Part shown: positions 39,349-50,847 of the stretch, piece after piece | How positions within the stretch are numbered: position 1 is the first letter of the stretch | Layout of the letters: the number at the start of each line of letters is the position of its first letter | DNA from: Fidelibacterota bacterium | GTDB taxonomy: Bacteria; Fidelibacterota; UBA2242 | Direction: 5' to 3' | Assembly (NCBI GenBank): GCA_049975265.1 | Contig: JBNGDF010000001.1 | Location: 32,001 to 96,000, forward strand | Length of the DNA stretch: 64,000 bases | Notes under the pieces: model-generated | What the model was told of the DNA's origin: nothing | Seen by the model: only the letters and a program-made list of their open reading frames with translations | Databases searched by the model: none | Translations under genes and position numbers: made by a program

Positions 39349-42300
39349 GGATTTCGAAAAGCTCTTCACGGCTTTCGCTGCCATTTCACCTCTTCCTCAG
39401 ATTATCCAAAAGATTCGACTCCCTCGTTTCCAACTGAGCATTTCAGGGCTCGATACCAACTCCCTATTGTCCCTCTTTTGTATTACCCTGATTCATCAGA
39501 GCCGTTTCTGTCCTCTGGCTGTTTTCAGCGACCCGTCAAAATCAGAGGCGTTTCTAATCGATATCGAATCGTTCCTGCCGCCAAAATCGATCGCCTTCTT
39601 TCCGGATTCCTTAACCAGTGATAATGATTACAGACGATTTCTGGTAAATGACGCCGCCCATAAAATCCTGGCTCATGAGGCGAAAATTATCATCGCCTCC
39701 ATCGGTTCCTTTGCTCTGCAGCTGCCCGGCTCAGACTCAATCCTGCAAGCCTCCCTGACCTTGCAAACCGGACTCCACTTTTCCAAACAAATGCTAATCG
39801 AAAAATTATCCTCTTTTCACTACCAACGACAGTTTTCGGTCGGTTATCCCGGCGAATTCGCCGCACGAGGCGAAATCGTCGATATCTATCCCTATGGTTC
39901 CGATCATCCCTACCGAATCGAATATTTTTCTGATACAATTGAATCAATCCGCACATTCGACAAAGAGTCTCTTCAAACCCTGAAAAGCATAAATACAATT
40001 ACCCTCTTTCCCATTATTGCAGAAATCAATGAAAATCCAGCCAGTCTCTCAGACTATCTTTCGGACAATGCTCTTCCACTGCTCTCCGACTACGACATAA
40101 ACCCTGAATCCTATGAAAATCTTCTTGAAAGCGATGGTTCTCTTTCTGCACTTTCTGCTATCTGTTTAAATAAACTCAGGAACGCGGATTTTCAGGTGGT
40201 ATTCAAACCCATTGCCAAAAATATCCGCGGCCTGGGTGCATTTAAGAAACATATTAATCACTTATTTAACAATCACTTATGTGAAAATATTTTCTTTTTC
40301 TGTTCCGATTCGGGACAAAAACAACGAATCGATGCACTATTACACGATCAGCCGATAACCGTTTTTGATCGACCGCTATCCAGCGGTTTCGAGTCGCCTG
40401 CCGACGGATTCTTTCTCTATACCGATACAGAGATATTTTCCCGGCGACAAAAAACCCGATCGTTCTCATTTCTACCGCAGGATGTTGTTCATACAAAATT
40501 CGACTCCGCCGAAATCTCCTATAATGATTTCATCGTACATCACGATTACGGGATCGGGCGATACCTGGGGCTGACCAAGGTCAACGCCTTCGGTGCGGAA
40601 CGCGAATGTCTGGTATTAGCCTACGCCGGGAATGACAAAGTCTATGTTCCTCTTGAAAAGATGGCTCTTGTACATAAATATCGCACCTCCGGCGATATTC
40701 CGCCAAAAATCTCCCGGCTCGGCTCCCCCGAATGGGACCGTATCAAATTAACGACCCGGCGTTCGATCGAATCACTCTCGGAAGAGATCATAGAACTCTA
40801 CTCCAAACGGCTACATTCTGATGGATTCCAGTATTCACCAGACAATGAACTTCAGCTTTCCATGGAAACCGAATTTCCTTACGAAGAAACCCCCGACCAG
40901 ATCACCGCTATTAATGATATTAAGAAAGATATGGAGACAACGGTTCCCATGGACCGACTGCTATGCGGCGATGTAGGCTTTGGCAAAACAGAGGTTGCAA
41001 TCCGTGCGGCATTCAAAGCCGTAAACGACTCCAAGCAGGTCGCCATTCTGACCCCCACTACAATTCTGGCAGATCAACACTACTTTACCTTCAAAAAGCG
41101 CCTCGATATGTACCCCGTGACGGTCGAACGTCTGTCCCGATTCGTGAAAGCTTCCGATCAGCGCAACATTTTAAAAAATCTCTCCTCCGGCAATATCGAT
41201 ATCCTAATCGGCACCCACCGGATTTTATCAAAGGATGTCCGCTTTGCCGACCTGGGTCTGCTTATTATCGATGAAGAACACCGCTTTGGTGTTAAGGATA
41301 AGGATAAGATCAAACGCTACCGAACCAATATTGACGTCCTTTCTCTATCGGCGACACCGATTCCGCGCTCACTCCACTTCTCACTGATCGGGGCACGTGA
41401 CTTTTCGCTAATCACAACACCTCCCAAGGAACGTTTGCCGATCTTTACCGAAATAATATCCTTTGATAAGAATATCATTAAAAACGCGGTCAACCGCGAG
41501 ATATACCGCAACGGTCAAATCTTTTTTGTACACAACGAAATAAAAACCATCGCCGCTATGGCGGATACCCTCCGACAGATGTTTCCCGATCTGAATATTC
41601 AGTACGTCCACGGTCAGATGTCCGAAGAAACTATTGAGCCGGTTATGGCGGACTTTATCAACAATAAGGTTCATATTCTTCTAACCACTGCGATTATTGA
41701 ATCGGGTATTGATATCCCCAATGCCAATACCATCTTTATCAATAGGGCTGAAAACCTGGGGCTCTCGCAACTCTACCAACTGCGTGGAAGGGTCGGTCGT
41801 CTCGATCGACAGGCATACGCCTACCTGATTGCCTCCCACCCATCAAGACTGAATCCCAACGCGATCAAACGCCTGCAATCCATCAAACGGCATACAGCGC
41901 TGGGTTCCGGCTATATGATTTCCTTGGAGGACCTGGAAATCCGGGGTTCGGGAAATATTTTCGGCGTAGAGCAGAGCGGCAACATCCACGCCATCGGCTA
42001 TGATCTGTATCTCAAAATCTTACAGGACTCTCTCGCCGAATTAAACACTGCATTACCCGAGACAGGTTCCCAAAAAACAACAGCGACCGAAAAGGACATC
42101 AACATCGTTTTCCCATTCCCTGCCTTCATTCCGGGAGAGTATGTTGCTTCAGAGTCCCTCCGTCTGTCATATTACAAACAGCTTACATCCTTCACCACCC
42201 CGGAAGAGATCGAAAACCTGCGGAATGTCATCAGTGACATTTTTGGACGACCCCCGCCGGAAATGGAAAATCTGTACAGCCTCATCACCATCAAGTTGTA

Positions 42301-42559
42301 CTGCCGGCGGTTAGGTGTCTTTAAATTGAAATATGACAACAACTTATGCCGAATTTATTTCGATGTAGAAAACCCCTTCGGCGCGACCACTGATTTAATG
42401 CAGTACCTGAAATCAACCGCCTCGGAGTTAAAAATATCCTACAAATTTATTCCCAGCAAACAGCTCCTTTTTGCCATTTATCTGAACAAACAGGACCGGA
42501 TTACGCCGGTAAAACAGTTCTTGTATCATCTCCAGGGGAGCCTTAATTTACGCGAGTAA
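39326..42559 (+). CDS. mfd: Transcription-repair coupling factor
   Basis: RID VHHDYGIGRY, CGDVGFGKTE, DEEHRFG, SATPIPR, QLRGRVGR, DLEIRGSG, TRCF domain. Confidence 0.95.
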   Translation: MFHVKPDKDFEKLFTAFAAISPLPQIIQKIRLPRFQLSISGLDTNSLLSLFCITLIHQSRFCPLAVFSDPSKSEAFLIDIESFLPPKSIAFFPDSLTSDNDYRRFLVNDAAHKILAHEAKIIIASIGSFALQLPGSDSILQASLTLQTGLHFSKQMLIEKLSSFHYQRQFSVGYPGEFAARGEIVDIYPYGSDHPYRIEYFSDTIESIRTFDKESLQTLKSINTITLFPIIAEINENPASLSDYLSDNALPLLSDYDINPESYENLLESDGSLSALSAICLNKLRNADFQVVFKPIAKNIRGLGAFKKHINHLFNNHLCENIFFFCSDSGQKQRIDALLHDQPITVFDRPLSSGFESPADGFFLYTDTEIFSRRQKTRSFSFLPQDVVHTKFDSAEISYNDFIVHHDYGIGRYLGLTKVNAFGAERECLVLAYAGNDKVYVPLEKMALVHKYRTSGDIPPKISRLGSPEWDRIKLTTRRSIESLSEEIIELYSKRLHSDGFQYSPDNELQLSMETEFPYEETPDQITAINDIKKDMETTVPMDRLLCGDVGFGKTEVAIRAAFKAVNDSKQVAILTPTTILADQHYFTFKKRLDMYPVTVERLSRFVKASDQRNILKNLSSGNIDILIGTHRILSKDVRFADLGLLIIDEEHRFGVKDKDKIKRYRTNIDVLSLSATPIPRSLHFSLIGARDFSLITTPPKERLPIFTEIISFDKNIIKNAVNREIYRNGQIFFVHNEIKTIAAMADTLRQMFPDLNIQYVHGQMSEETIEPVMADFINNKVHILLTTAIIESGIDIPNANTIFINRAENLGLSQLYQLRGRVGRLDRQAYAYLIASHPSRLNPNAIKRLQSIKRHTALGSGYMISLEDLEIRGSGNIFGVEQSGNIHAIGYDLYLKILQDSLAELNTALPETGSQKTTATEKDINIVFPFPAFIPGEYVASESLRLSYYKQLTSFTTPEEIENLRNVISDIFGRPPPEMENLYSLITIKLYCRRLGVFKLKYDNNLCRIYFDVENPFGATTDLMQYLKSTASELKISYKFIPSKQLLFAIYLNKQDRITPVKQFLYHLQGSLNLRE
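39327..39342. other. parS site in the mnmG/mfd overlap
   Basis: TGTTTCACGTGAAACC (15/16 match to consensus); encodes VSRET in mnmG and MFHVKP in mfd. Confidence 0.85.
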
Positions 42560-42573
42560 TCAGTCTGTCTGTT

Positions 42574-43962
42574 ATGCGAAAAATTCTACCCATATCAACC
42601 CTATTCTGTCTATTATGCCTGAGTACCTGCCAAAGGGATACCGCTGAGCGCTTCCTAAGGGTCGCAAATGTCTGGTTCACGGTTGCCGATTTTCATACAC
42701 AATACCCGATTCACAACTTCAAACACCTGCCGGAAGAATATAAAAAGCGACGGATTGAGGCGTTCATCGACCGACAATTGGTTGTCTATAAAGGAATTGA
42801 TGAAAACTATCCAAAAAGGTATGAATTCAAAGAGAAGTTTCGGAATTTCCGAAATAGACTTTTGATCAACATCTACTTCGACCGCACTGTTCTTGACTCG
42901 GTGATTACCAAGCGAAAATTACTGGACAGTTACGAATCGCTGGATTTTGGAAAAAGAGAAATGTACACTCTTGATGAATATACAGATGTTTTGAAAGAGC
43001 GTCTCATCCGAAAATTTTCCAGTGAAATTCAGGAGCGCTATCTTGCAGAAGTTCAACGTCTGAAGCATTCCTCCGGATTTCAAAGCTACCCGGAACACCT
43101 TGAGCAGTTGGCACAGTTATATCTGGACAGATATATTACTCTTCGAAACGATTCCGCTTCTTATTCATCCATTGACATCTTAAAGCGTCTTGACTTTTCA
43201 AAACCTCTTTTTCAGATCAACGGTAAAGACATATATCTGAAGAAATTTATTACCATGATTGATAATTATCCCCTGGCGCTCCCAAACCAGTTTTCGAGCC
43301 CCCAGGTATTAAATGAGATTGTCGAGACGGTCGCAATCAATACCTACACCTTAGAGCTGTCGAAAAAACTCCGTCTTCATCACGACCCGGAATTTAAACA
43401 GCGCTTGCGGGACGAGAAATTCACCCTGCTCCACGACCTTGTACTGCGGGATGAGGTATCGCACAAAATATCGATAAACGATGACAGTCTGTATCAATAC
43501 TATCTTGACCACACCGACTCCCTGTATCGCTCAGAAACCCGCTATGAGGTTCAGGAGATTTATGTATACAGTCGTCAACAGGCAAAAGAGATCATTCAAA
43601 AACTCAATCAGGGCGCCGATTTTCAACATCTGGCAAACCTGTATACCAAAAGATATCTGACCAAACCGCGAAAGGGGTATCTCGGATTGATCCGCTCCAA
43701 TATGTACGGCAGTATCGGTCATTATGCCGCCAAAACGCCAGCCGGTGAGTATTACTCCGAGCCTATCCCTTCGGGAAACGGATTCTCCGTTATTAAAGTC
43801 CTCTCTGTCGACGAATCAAAACCAATCCCCTTCGAACAAATCCGGGGCAATGTCCTCGAAGACTATCGCAAATCCTGTTATAACCGCAAAAAGTCGGAAC
43901 TAATCCGGAAAGTGAGAGATAAATATCACTACACCGTGGACTATTCAAAACTGATTAACTGA
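42574..43962 (+). CDS. Parvulin-type peptidyl-prolyl isomerase, probable lipoprotein
   Basis: Signal with Cys; GADFQHLA..Y, KGYLG, SEPIP...GFSVIKV rotamase pattern. Confidence 0.75.
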   Translation: MRKILPISTLFCLLCLSTCQRDTAERFLRVANVWFTVADFHTQYPIHNFKHLPEEYKKRRIEAFIDRQLVVYKGIDENYPKRYEFKEKFRNFRNRLLINIYFDRTVLDSVITKRKLLDSYESLDFGKREMYTLDEYTDVLKERLIRKFSSEIQERYLAEVQRLKHSSGFQSYPEHLEQLAQLYLDRYITLRNDSASYSSIDILKRLDFSKPLFQINGKDIYLKKFITMIDNYPLALPNQFSSPQVLNEIVETVAINTYTLELSKKLRLHHDPEFKQRLRDEKFTLLHDLVLRDEVSHKISINDDSLYQYYLDHTDSLYRSETRYEVQEIYVYSRQQAKEIIQKLNQGADFQHLANLYTKRYLTKPRKGYLGLIRSNMYGSIGHYAAKTPAGEYYSEPIPSGNGFSVIKVLSVDESKPIPFEQIRGNVLEDYRKSCYNRKKSELIRKVRDKYHYTVDYSKLIN

Positions 43963-43978
43963 AGAGGACTTCAATACT

Positions 43979-44797
43979 TTGAGAAAATATCTGTTTCTTA
44001 TCCCGGTTTTAGCCATTTCCTTCTGCGGAAAGCCCAATAAACCGGAAAACTACCTGGCACGCGTCAATAATGTATACCTGACACCGGATTATATTCTCAC
44101 CAGCACATCCGAGATTGAACCGGAATATATTAACGACAACGATTATCTCGAATCAATCGTTTCCAACTGGGTAAAAAACGAAATTCTCTATGAGCAGGCT
44201 CTGAAATACCATTTCGACAAGGATAAATCTCTCCAACACAAGGTCGAAAACTACAAAAAGCAGCTGATCATCGATGCATATGTTCGTTTTCTGTTGCAAA
44301 CCAACATCCATGTCAGTGAAGATGAAATCCGGGATTTTTACATTCAGAACCGAAGCAGTTTTCTGAGGAACGTGGACGAAGCCAAAGTTTCCCATCTGAT
44401 CATCGATGATTTTGATGAAGCAAACCGCATAAAGATTATCCTACGCTCCCGAAATCGTAGAGAAATCGACGAAATTTTTAAAAAATACAACTTTGAGACC
44501 AAGGTCGTCCGGCGGGGTGAATCAATCAAGGAACTGGATAAAAATATATTTGAATCCCCACCCCGGAATGTCCTCGGACCCATTCCCAGCGACTATGGAT
44601 ACCACATTATTGAGGTGATCTCCCGTTACAAAGCCGGAACCATCCGTTCTATCGACGATGCCCGCGATGAAATTCTGGATAAGATCACCCAGTTAAAAAT
44701 CCAGGACTACTACAACACCTATCTGGATAGTCTTTTTTCCATCACGGATTACGAAATCAGACACGAAAATATCAACAACAGGATTTTCTTTCCATGA
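43979..44797 (+). CDS. Parvulin-type PPIase / PrsA-like lipoprotein
   Basis: ISFC lipobox-like; VSEDEIRDFY, KVSHL, GPIPSDYGYHIIEV. Confidence 0.78.
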   Translation: MRKYLFLIPVLAISFCGKPNKPENYLARVNNVYLTPDYILTSTSEIEPEYINDNDYLESIVSNWVKNEILYEQALKYHFDKDKSLQHKVENYKKQLIIDAYVRFLLQTNIHVSEDEIRDFYIQNRSSFLRNVDEAKVSHLIIDDFDEANRIKIILRSRNRREIDEIFKKYNFETKVVRRGESIKELDKNIFESPPRNVLGPIPSDYGYHIIEVISRYKAGTIRSIDDARDEILDKITQLKIQDYYNTYLDSLFSITDYEIRHENINNRIFFP

Positions 44798-46056
44798 AAA
44801 GATTTTTTTTCTTTTTAACAATCGCATTGATTCCTCTAATCTATTCGCAGGAAATCATAGACGGTATCGCTGCTATCGTGGGAGAAAACATAATCTTAAA
44901 AAGCGAGGTGGACCAGTTCGTTCAGATGAATGCTGCCCAGCTTCAGATTGACCCTCAGCAAAATCCGGCGGTCTATCAACAACTGGTGGAGCAGTCGCTC
45001 CAGTCGCTGATTGATGAAAATATTCTGCTTGAACAGGCAAAAATTGAAACCATTGAGGTTAAAGATCGTGAAGTCGAAACCATGCTCGAACAACAGATTG
45101 AAAACATCATTTTCCAGGCCGGATCAGAAGAAAACGCAGAAAAAATTCTTGGTAAATCCCTGAATGAAATCCGTCGTGATTACCGTCCCCAGATGAAAAA
45201 TCGTCTGATTGTCGAAAAATTAAAGAACGAAAAATTTGCCACTATCAATATCACCCGACGGGAAGTAGAAAAATTTTATCAGACTTATAAAGACAGCCTG
45301 CCTGAAATACCACCCTCCTACGATTTCAGTCAAATTCTTTTTAAAATTAAACCAGGTGAAAAAGAAGAACTTCGGGCAAAATCTCTGGCTGACTCTCTCC
45401 ATCAGCTACTCCGAACCGATGCTACACATTTTGCGGAACTGGCCAGAAACCACTCCCAGGACCCCGCCAGTGCCCGCGACGGTGGAGACCTGGGATATAT
45501 CTCACGCGGAGGTTTTATCAAGGAATTTGAAGAGGTCGCGTTCTCTCTGAATAAAAACGAGATCAGCGACGTCGTTAAAACCGAGTTTGGTTACCACATA
45601 ATCAAATTAATTGACCGTAAAGGTGAAAATATCAGGGTTAGCCATATCCTGATTAAACCGGAAATATCGGATAAGAATATTGATAGTCTCCGGGCAAAAG
45701 CCAACCATGTTCGAAAATTGTTGATAAATGATAAGATTTCCTTTGATTCTGCGGCAGTTCTGTATAGCGACGATCCCGATGTTAAAGCCAATAAAGGTCG
45801 TATTCAACGAATTCTGAAAAGTCAAATACAACAACCAAAATTTCTGGTTGTACTCGATACTTTGCATATCGGTCAGATAAGCCATGTTTTTGAGACCGAT
45901 ATGGGGTATCATATACTAAAATTACACAACATTTTTACTGACTCCTGGTCGGTTATTGAAAAATGGGCTTTAGAGTATAAAAAATCAAAACTTTATGATC
46001 AGTGGATAAACGAGCTTAGATCAAAATTTAATATTGAACTTAGGATCAGTTCATAA
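44794..46056 (+). CDS. surA: SurA-like periplasmic chaperone/PPIase
   Basis: IDGIAAIVGENIILKSE, FAELARNHSQDP.SA..GGDLG, TEFGYHII; two parvulin domains. Confidence 0.85.
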   Translation: MKRFFFFLTIALIPLIYSQEIIDGIAAIVGENIILKSEVDQFVQMNAAQLQIDPQQNPAVYQQLVEQSLQSLIDENILLEQAKIETIEVKDREVETMLEQQIENIIFQAGSEENAEKILGKSLNEIRRDYRPQMKNRLIVEKLKNEKFATINITRREVEKFYQTYKDSLPEIPPSYDFSQILFKIKPGEKEELRAKSLADSLHQLLRTDATHFAELARNHSQDPASARDGGDLGYISRGGFIKEFEEVAFSLNKNEISDVVKTEFGYHIIKLIDRKGENIRVSHILIKPEISDKNIDSLRAKANHVRKLLINDKISFDSAAVLYSDDPDVKANKGRIQRILKSQIQQPKFLVVLDTLHIGQISHVFETDMGYHILKLHNIFTDSWSVIEKWALEYKKSKLYDQWINELRSKFNIELRISS

Positions 46057-46345
46057 AAAGTGGATAGTGTGTTTACGATAAGGATTTATCAAACCATTTT
46101 TAAAAACACTCCAATTTCATATCTCTTCTCAACAAATTGTAAACATCTTTTTATATAGATATTATATCTGTATTCTCCAATAAAAAACAACATTTATCAA
46201 CAAATTCACCTGTATATAACTAGAAATAAACTTTCTTTAATTACGTATCATTTCTATCCTATTTATTTCATAAAATATCTTGTAAAAATATCAATATTTT
46301 GGTAAAATTATCCGACGTGAGAAGAATTCAAAAAAGAGGTCAATA
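46001..46345. other. Probable replication origin (oriC) upstream of dnaN
   Basis: Very AT-rich gap; DnaA-box-like AGTGGATAA 46001, AGTGGATAG 46059, TTCTCAACA 46126, TTGTAAACA 46137, TTATCAACA 46194; + strand changes from C-rich to G-rich around here. Confidence 0.72.
46280..46308 (+). promoter_or_regulatory. Sigma70-like promoter for dnaN
   Basis: TTGTAA, 17 nt, TAAAAT with extended TG. Confidence 0.5.
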
Positions 46346-47461
46346 ATGCAGTTTTCAGTGGATAAAAATGTTCTACTTTCGCATATCCAAAAAGTTACCA
46401 AAGTATCTCCGACACGTACGACTATGGCGATTCTCAACAGTATACTGTTTGAAGTAAAAGATAATCAACTGACCCTCAGATCATCGGATATTGAAATAAC
46501 CATGAATACCGTGCTTCCGGTAAAAGGAGTTGAAAACGGTGCCATTGCTTTGCCGAACAGGATTATTTTTGATATTGTAAATGAAGCCGAAGAGGGTGAA
46601 TTAACAATTATATCCGATTCAGAAGGTAGTTGTACATTAAAAACCGGAAAAGGTGTTTTTGAAATTATGGGAAGATCCGCTGAAGAATTTCCGGATTTAC
46701 CGAAAATAACCATTTTTAATGATGTTGAGATTGAAAATGCCACTCTGCGACGGATGATTCAGAAAACAATCATCGCCGTCAGTAAAGATGAATTAAAACC
46801 GGCACTCATGGGTATGCTGTTACAGATAAAGAAAAATGAATTAAGAACTGTAGCAACCGATGGTCACCGGCTGGTGTGTGTCGTTCGTAAGGATTTTCAT
46901 AATGAGGAATACGAAGGAGAAGTAATTATTCCCGTTAAATTTTTAAACTTATTATTGGGATATCTGGATTCCGAAGGTACCACGCTCCTCTCCATCAGTG
47001 AAAATCATGTCAAAGTTGAACTGGATTCTACAGTGATCTACTCAAGAATAATTGATGAAAATTTTCCGGATTATGAAAGTGTTATTCCAAAAGACAATGA
47101 TCGTTTAATTCGTACGGATGTCAATAGCCTGTTGGCGACATTACGCCGGGTAATTATATTTGCTAACAAAACGACCCACCAGATTTCTCTGTCGTTAGGT
47201 AAGAAAAAGTCAAAAATCAGTACCACAAATCAGGAAACGGGAACTTCCGCAGATGAAGAGATCGATATTGAGTATTCTGGTGATGATATGACGGTAGGCT
47301 ATAATGCCGAATACTTGAAGGAAATTCTTCGTAATATCGATACAGGCAATGTGATTATGAAATTAAAATCACCTATCAGTGCCTGTCTGATTCTACCCGA
47401 AGAACAGAAAGAAAACGAAGAATTTACCATGCTGTTAATGCCGATCCGTCTGAATGAATAA
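46346..47461 (+). CDS. dnaN: DNA polymerase III beta clamp
   Basis: EEFPDLP, VATDGHRL, FPDYESVIP, YNAEYL, LLMPIRL. Confidence 0.97.
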   Translation: MQFSVDKNVLLSHIQKVTKVSPTRTTMAILNSILFEVKDNQLTLRSSDIEITMNTVLPVKGVENGAIALPNRIIFDIVNEAEEGELTIISDSEGSCTLKTGKGVFEIMGRSAEEFPDLPKITIFNDVEIENATLRRMIQKTIIAVSKDELKPALMGMLLQIKKNELRTVATDGHRLVCVVRKDFHNEEYEGEVIIPVKFLNLLLGYLDSEGTTLLSISENHVKVELDSTVIYSRIIDENFPDYESVIPKDNDRLIRTDVNSLLATLRRVIIFANKTTHQISLSLGKKKSKISTTNQETGTSADEEIDIEYSGDDMTVGYNAEYLKEILRNIDTGNVIMKLKSPISACLILPEEQKENEEFTMLLMPIRLNE

Positions 47462-47525
47462 AGTAAAAAATTTATATTGTTACGATTAAATAATTCCAAT
47501 TCGATTAAATATTCTTGTGTATTGA

Positions 47526-48640
47526 ATGATCTTAAAGAAGTTAAAACTGAAGTATTTCAGAAATTACGATAATGCAGATTTTGAGTTCAGTGATAATTTG
47601 AACATTATTCTGGGTGATAACGGCACCGGAAAAACGACATTACTGGAGGCTGTCCATTTTCTCTCCCTGACGAAAAGTTTTCGGACGCACAAAAACGGCG
47701 ATGTTATTATGTATAACTGTGAATACTTTCAAATTTTTGGTCAGTTTGTCAATTCGAAAAGCGAGGATTTACTAATCAATGTAAATTACTCATCCAGTGA
47801 CGGAAAAGCCCTGTTGATTAATAAGGTAAAGGTTGATAAAATCATTGATATTATCGGTAAAATTCCGGTCATTATTCTGTCACCCAGCCATCAGCGATTA
47901 ACTGAGAACGGACCGTCACTGCGGAGAAATTTTATTGATCGCATATTGGCTCAGATTAACAGCGATTACCTGTTCACATTGGTTGAGTTTAAAAAGCGAT
48001 TAATTCAGAGAAATGCGCTCCTGACAAAATACCAGGATGAAAAACAGCACAAATATGACAGGTATATCGAAACAGTTGATGATATTTTGGCAGATTACGC
48101 CTTGCGAATTCAGGCGATGAGAACCGAATTTATTAAGGATTTTAATCCAATTTTTCAGGATATATACGGTTCACTGGAACACAAAAAACGAGCGGTAAAA
48201 ATTGAAAACCGGTGCAACATCAATGTTGATATCGCCGACTTCCAAAAAGTATATAAAAGTAAATTAAAATCGAAGATAGAGCAGGATATAGGTTATGGTC
48301 GGACAAGCACAGGTCCCCACCTGGACCGAATCCGGTTTCTGTTCAATGACCGTGATATTCGTTATTATGGTTCACAGGGTGAGCATAAGATATATTTAAT
48401 GGCGCTGAAGTTGGCAGAAGGACGCTATATTGAGGAGAAAACAGGAGAAAAGGTGATCTTTTTGCTGGATGACCTGTTTGCCTTGCTGGACAGAACTCAT
48501 TGTACGAATATTATTAAATTGATTGGATCGGATAATCAGACCTTTATCACTGTGACAGACATGGCTATTCTGAAGCAATCAGATTTTAAGATTGATAGGT
48601 ATAATCATCGTTTGTTGCAATTACCACAAGGAATTTCGTA

Positions 48641-48641
<1 letters not shown>
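47526..48641 (+). CDS. recF: DNA replication/repair protein RecF
   Basis: FRNY, GDNGTGKT, SFRT, RRNFID, GPHLD, GSQGE, LLDD. Confidence 0.94.
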
Positions 48642-50844
<2,203 letters not shown>

Positions 50845-50847
50845 ACA

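Noticed and set aside
41391..41404. CACGTG core inside mfd as a third parS
   Set aside because: The flanks (GGG/ACTTT) do not match the parS arms.
42574..46056. Three tandem PPIase genes as a novel system
   Set aside because: PPIase/SurA clusters are common housekeeping arrangements in FCB-type genomes.
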